Source: Minutocellus sp. GHC0000111
Taxonomy: Eukaryota
Direction of reading: 5' to 3'
Assembly (NCBI GenBank): GCA_977018835.1
Contig: OZ361256.1
Span: 3,224,001-3,288,000, forward strand
DNA: 64,000 nucleotides
Shown here piece by piece: positions 57,203-64,000 of the stretch. A program made the position numbers and the translations under genes. The number at the start of each line of letters is the position of its first letter. The stretch's first letter is position 1. The notes beneath the pieces were generated by a model. It was given only the letters and a program-made list of their open reading frames with translations. It was not told the origin of the DNA and made no database searches.

Positions 57203-58599
57203 TGTTGTGCGGCGAAGGCGGCGAACTTACTTGCGGTTTTGTTGGTCTGAAATGATGAAGCAAAGCCGGGGAGGGAGAGTTTCGTATTGACCTTGCTACA
57301 TGTAGGTCTAAAACGAGTTCGCATTGATACTGTCACAATTCCAGTACCGCCATTCGAGGAGAAGCTGGACCGTTGCAATGACTGCATTCAGCTTTGTCCG
57401 CACAAATTTAGCTTCGTGGCCTCTTTTGTGTTGTGTCCCCGCAGCACACACTCTTCGTCAACTCGGCGAGGTGAGGGCTATTGTAGCCAAATGTTCGGAG
57501 GAACTCTTGGGGGCAACCTACACGCAACTTGAAGTGCGTGGTTGTGTGCATTGAGCCAATCAAATTATGCCCCGGCACCCGCGGGAGGCCAAGAGGCCGT
57601 ATTTTGAACAGACTGTGTTTATTGTGTGCTGTGCAACGAGGTCTGTGGGTCACTGCGTCACTGCTCGCTCTTTTCTACTACGTAGCTACGTAGTCGGAAA
57701 ATGAGGATGGAATACACGCATCTCTTTCTATCGCACTCTCTTATCCTGCACGGCCCACCTATCATTCCTCCTTTGGTCGTTCCTTTTGAGACCAATGCGA
57801 CGAAGATGACGTCTACTACCGGTCACGTGGTAGGAAGGTTCAGTGCCAGCAGATTGCATAGAAAGCGACGACATTATTGGCGGCAGGTCGGGAATGTCCC
57901 TCCATCGACCAAAACCTTTGGCAGGCATTGTGGCGTCACTTTCCTCAAAAGTAGACGTCGACATGGACACGGTTGCATGTTTGGTATCCTGAGAGGAAAT
58001 TGCGGCATTTTTCGCGTTAGCATAGTGCCAAGGATATTTCTCGCTTGCAATCACGGCCTCGTGAAAATGGCCCATTTGTCAGATCCTCAATCACCACAAG
58101 AGACCGGCATATCCCAGCCCCAGGCTCTAAAGTGACGTCCACATTTGACAGACGAGGATCTCGAGGAACCTGACGTAACGCGAAATTGCGTAATGGCACT
58201 TTGGGGTTGGGCCTACGTTTCAGTGCCGCTACATTCTAAACTGGCTGAGCGGTGATGATCGGCGCGCTGGTCGTTGCCGATGACCGTTGACTGAAGAAAA
58301 TCTGGTCACTTACACGGCTTGTAGGAATTGTTTCATTTGGAGCAAAACATGGAAAAAGCACCAGGAACGACTTCTCCAATGCAATTGTTATGACGCATTG
58401 CTGCGCAGCAAAGTCGAAAGAGATTTTAGCTCTGAAGTACGTCCACACGCAGCATGTGATTTGTCTGTGCTCGTCGACCGACCCTGAACAACGGCACAAC
58501 GGCACAACGGCAGGCACCGATGATTCAATGCATTACCGAGAGACTGAATGACGACAAACCTCTTGCAGTGATTGATAAGAATCCTAGCTGTACTAAAAG

Positions 58600-60963
58600 T
58601 TACCTTACAATTTGTGGAGGCAAAAGAGCAACATGTCCGTCGCCATAATCCTCACCGTCATCAATCGGAAGGCCCTGCTGAAAGGATATTGAATCCGATT
58701 CGTTCTCATCGCCACCAATACCATGCTCAGCTATTGAATAAGGGATATTGCCAACCTCAGTATGATGCCAATGATATGCCTCCCAGCCACCATTGTTTCC
58801 AACACTGAAATTGTACCCATAACAAAAATAGAACAATATTGCAGTTGCCAAAAATACGACCAACATGATCATGCCAGTCATTGATAGTTGCGCAATAAGA
58901 TACCAATTGACAAAAATTCCCAGACAGGGTACGAACGGCAGCATCGGTGTTCGATATTCCTCTTCTTCCACCGGTTTGACTCCAACTTGCATGTGCTGTG
59001 TTGTTGTTCGGGTCTTTCCACCAAAGAATGATGCTTCTGGGCAGAATACTTTGATGAGAACGCACGATAAGAGCGTGACCACGCAGCTTAGACTTGTCAG
59101 TACAATGCCGAGGACCGAGGTGAAGCAATATGTGAAAAGCAGTGCCGTTACAAGTGCAAGTGCGTTGTACGCCGTCAGAAGTTTCTCCACTAGGAATGGC
59201 GAATCATCAGGAGACTCATGTCGCAGTAACACAAGCGATGAGTTGGTCATGCTGAATGCTACCAACACTCCAGCTGATATCATATCGTTGAGATTCTCAA
59301 ACGGTACGAAGGACGCAATGAATGTCATTACGATGCCTGCAAACAGTGTCCCATTGAATAAATCTCCTTCCTTGTTGAGTATTCCAAACCATTCCGGTAA
59401 AAGACCATCGGCAGCAAGGGCATACTGCAACCGGGGCTGGGCCATGACAGCTACTAAAACGACTAGAGGCAGCGTTACCATCTCTCCGATGGCCATGGTA
59501 CTCGAGGCCCAATCCACTCCTCGAGTTTCAAAGGCATCCGGAAATCCACCAATGGCGCTGATATCTGTATACGGCAACAGACCTGCCAGCGCCAATGTAG
59601 CTGAGACATATCCCACCACCAGTATCGCAATCGTCCACCATATGGCTCGGGGCATGTTCTTCTGCGGCTCCTTTGCCTCTGCAGTCAGGCAGCAGACCTC
59701 GTCGAAGCCCACGTACCCAAAGAAGGCGGCGGTGCTGCCCTGAAGGACACCATTGACTCCAAATTCGTGTGGAACAAATGGTTTCAGATTGGCCGACTCA
59801 AACAATCCGAGCGCCACTCCCGTCATCACAAACACGAACGCACACTTGAACGCCGTAAAGTAGTTGGTAACCATCTGACTCTCCTTGGCGCCACTCAAAA
59901 GTAGAGCCGTCGTCAGCGCCGCTATCGCGCATGCCATGGGATTGAACGTGCTGTGGTTGGGCTTGAGGAGGCATTCGGCCACATCGATGTCATCGCCGGT
60001 GCTGGTGTAGCCCTGTCCGCAGATCCAGTCCACCACCTTGTCGCCCCAGCCCCGCGCCACGGCTGCGGCACTGACGAGATACTCGAGGCAAAGGCATCCA
60101 GCCGCCACGACGGCGGGTAGTTCTCCCATGGCGGCATATGTGTAGGCATAGGTACTGCCGGCGGCTGGGATCTGCCCACTCAATTCGGCGAAACACAGTC
60201 CACTGAGTAGTGCAGGCAGCATACTAATCATCCAGCAGATGATGGCCGAGGGACCGGCATGAGACGATATTAGTAGTGGACACAATACAAAGATACCAGT
60301 ACCCAGCGTCCCACCGACACCGACCGCTATAAGATCTAGCAATGTGAGATGTCGATGAATGTGCGTTTCTGCGTTGGACTGCTCCAATGGGGCAAGGGGT
60401 GCATGATGGGGGTTGGACGTACAGGATGGCGGATCCTTATTACCTGTACTGCTGCCGACGCTGTCCGCCGCCGAGGTTGTGGATCCATACGCACAAATCG
60501 ACGCGTTTGGGCCTTTGGTTTGGTTTTGCTGCTGCTGCTGACTGGGCAAAAGCGACAACGATTCGGACGATCGTGCCAACGCCAGCGGCTTGCGCAGAAA
60601 AGGGTTGGAATCCTGCCGTTGGAGCAGTCCCTGCCGACTACCGAAGCGGATGCTGTCGCCGAGCCTGGGGGAAGATTCCACCGATCGATTGTTAATATTG
60701 TTGCTCCGACTGCCGGGCCGGCTGATCTTGCCGGGCATGGAGGAATGCCGGGCCAGCGGTCGGAAGGAGGATGGCGGTGTTTGCGAACCGGGGGCTGTGC
60801 TATGGCCGCCTCCCGGCGATCGACGTCGTTGCATCATCTGCCGTGCCTTGACATCTCGTGACGCCGTCTGCGGCGAGGAGGGCGGCGGCACGCCATCGGA
60901 GTCCAAGGACGAAGCGAGCGGAGGCCACACCGATCGACCGTCATATGAAGAGTAGGAAGACAT
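58600..60963 (-). CDS. APC-superfamily cationic amino acid transporter (CAT type)
   Basis: LHRHLTLLDL-type start (IHRHLTLLDLIAVGVGGTLGTGIFV), AELS..IP.AGSTY, FFGYVGFD, AQPRL.YALA.DGLLP and YRTPMLPFVP. Confidence 0.92.
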   Translation of the reverse strand: MSSYSSYDGRSVWPPLASSLDSDGVPPPSSPQTASRDVKARQMMQRRRSPGGGHSTAPGSQTPPSSFRPLARHSSMPGKISRPGSRSNNINNRSVESSPRLGDSIRFGSRQGLLQRQDSNPFLRKPLALARSSESLSLLPSQQQQQNQTKGPNASICAYGSTTSAADSVGSSTGNKDPPSCTSNPHHAPLAPLEQSNAETHIHRHLTLLDLIAVGVGGTLGTGIFVLCPLLISSHAGPSAIICWMISMLPALLSGLCFAELSGQIPAAGSTYAYTYAAMGELPAVVAAGCLCLEYLVSAAAVARGWGDKVVDWICGQGYTSTGDDIDVAECLLKPNHSTFNPMACAIAALTTALLLSGAKESQMVTNYFTAFKCAFVFVMTGVALGLFESANLKPFVPHEFGVNGVLQGSTAAFFGYVGFDEVCCLTAEAKEPQKNMPRAIWWTIAILVVGYVSATLALAGLLPYTDISAIGGFPDAFETRGVDWASSTMAIGEMVTLPLVVLVAVMAQPRLQYALAADGLLPEWFGILNKEGDLFNGTLFAGIVMTFIASFVPFENLNDMISAGVLVAFSMTNSSLVLLRHESPDDSPFLVEKLLTAYNALALVTALLFTYCFTSVLGIVLTSLSCVVTLLSCVLIKVFCPEASFFGGKTRTTTQHMQVGVKPVEEEEYRTPMLPFVPCLGIFVNWYLIAQLSMTGMIMLVVFLATAILFYFCYGYNFSVGNNGGWEAYHWHHTEVGNIPYSIAEHGIGGDENESDSISFQQGLPIDDGEDYGDGHVALLPPQIVR

Positions 60964-61101
60964 GTTTCCATTAAAATGGCAGAGCGGCCGATGCGATCAA
61001 GGCCCTCTCGCGTGCCGCTACTTCCACCACGACTTTCGATACTGCCGCCGCGGTTTGCGCCATCTTTCAGCTGGCTGAATTTTCACTTTGAATCCCTTTG
61101 G

Positions 61102-61170
61102 GTCGAGTCAGTCGAGTAGCGTCGAGCGAGTAGAGCCGAGTCGAGCGAGTCTCGTGCTCCTTTTGACTCA
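61102..61170. promoter_or_regulatory. (CGAGT)n cluster and TGACTCA site in the divergent promoter between CAT and the fusion gene
   Basis: GTCGAGTCAGTCGAGTAGCGTCGAGCGAGTAGAGCCGAGTCGAGCGAGTC, with TGACTCA at 61164-61170. Confidence 0.4.
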
Positions 61171-61228
61171 ATCGAATAGACTTTCAGCAAAGATACCAAG
61201 TCAAGGAGCATCGAGTGGCAGGCATATC

Positions 61229-64000
61229 ATGTGCGGCTACCAAGTCAGTATGAACATGCTCTCCCAGGCCTACGATATGTTCTCGGACCGGGCCGTCCAG
61301 GCCTACTTTCTCGTCCTTGGTTTGGCCGTTCGTCGATGCATCCGCAAGTACTACTCTCATCGAGGGCAAACCCGAGGCATCACCCCACTTCTCCTTACGG
61401 CCACCATAATCGGCATCACGTGGTACCTCATCCTTCGGTTCATCCTGACCAACCTCCACACGTCCGAAAGCTACTTCGACGATGCTTACAAGGACGTGCT
61501 GCGCACCCCTGGTCACTATCTGGTATCGACGCAGCTCCTGACCTGGGCCATCGTGGCGGTAGTTTGGACCGCCGATGCCGGTTGTGACCTTGCGTTCCTC
61601 TTGTTTGGGTTTCTGTGCGCCATGTCCGCTAGTTTCGTGTTGTGGGTACCCACCCTATATCAGGATCGAGAAGCTAGCAGAGGTAGTGGTTGCAAGAGAA
61701 AGGCCACGGAACAACGACGGCGGACGGTGCCCGCTTCCTACGTCCTCTCGTCGGTTGTAGCCTTCATATCCATCCTCAAGCTTTATCCGTGCCCTGCTCC
61801 TAATGAGGATGAAGCATGCACCCCCGATCAGGGATTTGGGTCGTTTCGCATCCACTTTCGGCAGTGGCTCCAAGTGCTTCATATCGTGCTGGTAATTCCC
61901 GTGGTCTTGTCCTTCCTGCTACCCAAGACAGATCGCGTGAGAATGGACTCATCCTTGCTATTTGGTTTCCTGTCCATTGCGATATCCATCTGGCATATCT
62001 GCCAAATTGGTGTCGAGAAAACGGTACCATCGATTCCCACAACCGACTGCCAGATTTCCATCACCACCGATCTCATCTGTTGCACCATCATCACGCTCTA
62101 TGCCATCCACAAGGACTCGACGGTTCAGCGAACGTGCATCGCGGCTCTTGCGATCCCCATAGTTTCGCCCGCGGCCGTCCTTGCTGGTCACTTGTGTGTA
62201 TGTCGTCTGCCCGATAGCTATGCGGCCTTCATCTCTTACGTTCAGCGACAGGTAGCGGCCAAGCTCCAGACCAATACCACCAACGAGATAAAGAATTGGT
62301 GCAATCTAGGTCTCTGGACAAAGAGTCCAGATGGTCAGCTGTGCTCGTACAATCAAGCCTGTGAGAACCTGGCCGAAGCCCTCGGCAGAGCAGCTGGTCT
62401 GTGTGAAGAAGATGGTGTGCTTTCCTGTGGATGTGGGTCAATAGACGAAGTCAAGTTTTACAAGGATCGATTTGATCTGCAACACATTACCGGAATTGAC
62501 CCATGCCTCAGAGAAGCACGCACCACGGATGAAAAGGACTTCAATGTTCGTACCATCCGAGCCGGGGTGGAGAACTGTGATGAAATGTTCCCACAACGCT
62601 TCTTTGATAAAATTCTTGCGCTTGACAACGTGTACCATTATCCAGACAAAGAAATGGCTCTTCGTAACCTTCTAGGACTGGTTGCTCCCGGAGGAAAGAT
62701 TGCCGTTTCAGATGTGTTGTTGAAGCAGAGCAGTGGTACTAGTGATACACCCCTCTGGGTTCGACTTTTGCTGAGATTGATGGGAATACCATTTACGAAT
62801 TTGTGGACCAGCGATGAGTATCGGTCCAAGCTTGCCGGCATGGGATTTGATGGTGTGGATGTTCAAACGATATCTGAACAGGTTCTGATCAAGGGATGGT
62901 CAAGATATCTTCCAAACACCCTCCTGCAGCATCTTGATTACGCAATCATTGTTGCAAGTGCGCCTATCGAAACCAAGCCCCGACCAAAGAAGAAAATCGC
63001 CATAATCGGAAGTGGCCTTGCTGGCCTATCGTCGGCGTACTATTTGCTGTCATCTCAACACGCAGCTGACTTTTCCATCGATATCTTTGAAGCTAACGAT
63101 TCCCCGGGCCTCGCGGGGAACACGACATTGATCGGCGAGCAGCTTGTCGACGTGCCAGCAAGAATGGCTGCGCTTGGATACTACAACAAGTACAGGGAAC
63201 TTTTGGAAGAGCTCAACATTCCGACAACCATTGTAAAGACCGACTGCTCATTCTATGGAAGCGATGGAAATGGAGGTCACGTCTGCCACTGCTACGACAA
63301 AAACAGCTTTGTGAATGTATACAGTGCTCTTTGCGTAGGTGGCTTTCGGCGACTTTATAGCCTTCTGATGGCTCTGAGCAAGCTTTGCGACGACCATGCC
63401 CCCGTCGAACACTGCGAGGATGCGTCGCAATCATTTAGACAATGGTTGAAAGCAAATCTCGGACTTTCAACGGAAACCACCTACACTTGCAAACTAACAG
63501 GAACTGAGAAGGACCACGACCTTCCTTCTCTCACATGCTATGACAACCCCTTCGCTTACATCATGGTCGGCTCTCTGAGTTGGATGCTGTCTTGTACATG
63601 GGACCAACTCTCCAAGTACCCAGCTGATATCGTTCTACCGTACTGCAAAGGCCTACGAATGGATCGGCTTGGCGTTGGGAGAAAGGGCCAAGTTATTAGG
63701 ATTTCACCGAGCATCAAAGTCCTCGAGCGCGCTCTTTTATACGGTGTGAATAACCTGCAATGCGGCTCACGAATTACGGGGGTCGACAATAAAAAGATTA
63801 TCAATGGAGTTGCCTACGATGCCGTAATCTGCGCCGCCGAGGCTCGAGCTGTGCCAAAAATTATCAAGAATGCGTCGGAAGTCTTCTGCCGGATTGCCCA
63901 CCATCCGAGTACCATCTATCTCCACAAGGATGAGAGCTTTATGCCCCCGAATAAATCCGAGTGGAAGACCTGGAATGTTGAAATGTCGAGCGGACGGGAA
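61229..64000 (+). CDS. Multi-TM domain + class I SAM methyltransferase + FAD-dependent oxidoreductase (COG2907 / amine-oxidase-like) fusion, 3'-partial
   Basis: My manual translation is open for 924 codons from ATG 61229 (alternative 61250) to the window end. It has a hydrophobic N-terminal third, then WCNLGLW..YNQACENLA..VLSCGCG..ITGID..FDKILALDNVYHY..PGGKIAVSD, then KKIAIIGSGLAGLSSAY..IFEA..VDVPAR..IYLHKDESFMP..WKTWN. Confidence 0.85.
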   Translation, partial: MCGYQVSMNMLSQAYDMFSDRAVQAYFLVLGLAVRRCIRKYYSHRGQTRGITPLLLTATIIGITWYLILRFILTNLHTSESYFDDAYKDVLRTPGHYLVSTQLLTWAIVAVVWTADAGCDLAFLLFGFLCAMSASFVLWVPTLYQDREASRGSGCKRKATEQRRRTVPASYVLSSVVAFISILKLYPCPAPNEDEACTPDQGFGSFRIHFRQWLQVLHIVLVIPVVLSFLLPKTDRVRMDSSLLFGFLSIAISIWHICQIGVEKTVPSIPTTDCQISITTDLICCTIITLYAIHKDSTVQRTCIAALAIPIVSPAAVLAGHLCVCRLPDSYAAFISYVQRQVAAKLQTNTTNEIKNWCNLGLWTKSPDGQLCSYNQACENLAEALGRAAGLCEEDGVLSCGCGSIDEVKFYKDRFDLQHITGIDPCLREARTTDEKDFNVRTIRAGVENCDEMFPQRFFDKILALDNVYHYPDKEMALRNLLGLVAPGGKIAVSDVLLKQSSGTSDTPLWVRLLLRLMGIPFTNLWTSDEYRSKLAGMGFDGVDVQTISEQVLIKGWSRYLPNTLLQHLDYAIIVASAPIETKPRPKKKIAIIGSGLAGLSSAYYLLSSQHAADFSIDIFEANDSPGLAGNTTLIGEQLVDVPARMAALGYYNKYRELLEELNIPTTIVKTDCSFYGSDGNGGHVCHCYDKNSFVNVYSALCVGGFRRLYSLLMALSKLCDDHAPVEHCEDASQSFRQWLKANLGLSTETTYTCKLTGTEKDHDLPSLTCYDNPFAYIMVGSLSWMLSCTWDQLSKYPADIVLPYCKGLRMDRLGVGRKGQVIRISPSIKVLERALLYGVNNLQCGSRITGVDNKKIINGVAYDAVICAAEARAVPKIIKNASEVFCRIAHHPSTIYLHKDESFMPPNKSEWKTWNVEMSSGRE

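Noticed and set aside
57300..58560. Short ORFs such as 57701..58135(+)
   Set aside because: No recognisable domain or coding-like composition; treated as upstream/intergenic DNA.
1..64000. Genome-wide reassignment of TAA/TAG to Gln
   Set aside because: Intact-ended genes terminate on TAA (AVT1-like, sterol reductase, PPR neighbour genes) or TAG (D-LDH, AKR-like), CAA/CAG are abundant, and in-frame TAR are rare and co-occur with frameshifts.
3..64000. A lipid biosynthetic gene cluster (LCB2, sterol reductase, MTase-oxidoreductase fusion)
   Set aside because: The genes are ~28-31 kb apart and separated by many unrelated housekeeping genes.

Overview
Gene-dense eukaryotic nuclear DNA, almost certainly a diatom or close stramenopile. 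Evidence: short GT-AG introns, bipartite plastid-targeting leaders (…SFA-FSP, …VDG-FGP), and diatom-type RGLE-motif, PPR, LRR, HSF and ankyrin-like families. About 31 protein-coding loci are recognisable, including LCB2, AVT1-like and CAT transporters, sulfatase, cyclin B, RPS18, sterol delta-7 reductase, Hsp70, glyoxalase I, adenylyl cyclase and HSF. Three things stand out. (1) About a third of the loci carry disabling lesions: short deletions at apparent microhomologies, exact 11- and 29-nt tandem duplications, a tail-to-tail gene fusion, and five in-frame stops that are all TAA/TAG, two of them at conserved Gln positions. This looks like a decaying haplotype or paralogous segment. (2) A ~4.2-kb non-coding island (51.06-55.25 kb) is strongly TpA-depleted, and its internal repeat reads CA or TG but never TA at one position, suggesting repeat-targeted TpA hypermutation. 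(3) There are several unusual enzyme fusions: cNMP-domain/D-lactate dehydrogenase, ankyrin-like/G6PDH/6PGDH, GHMP kinase/UDP-sugar pyrophosphorylase, and a >=924-codon membrane/SAM-methyltransferase/FAD-oxidoreductase ORF that is missing from the ORF track because it runs off the window end. No rRNA, tRNA or CRISPR array was seen. All family calls are from motif recognition, not database searches.
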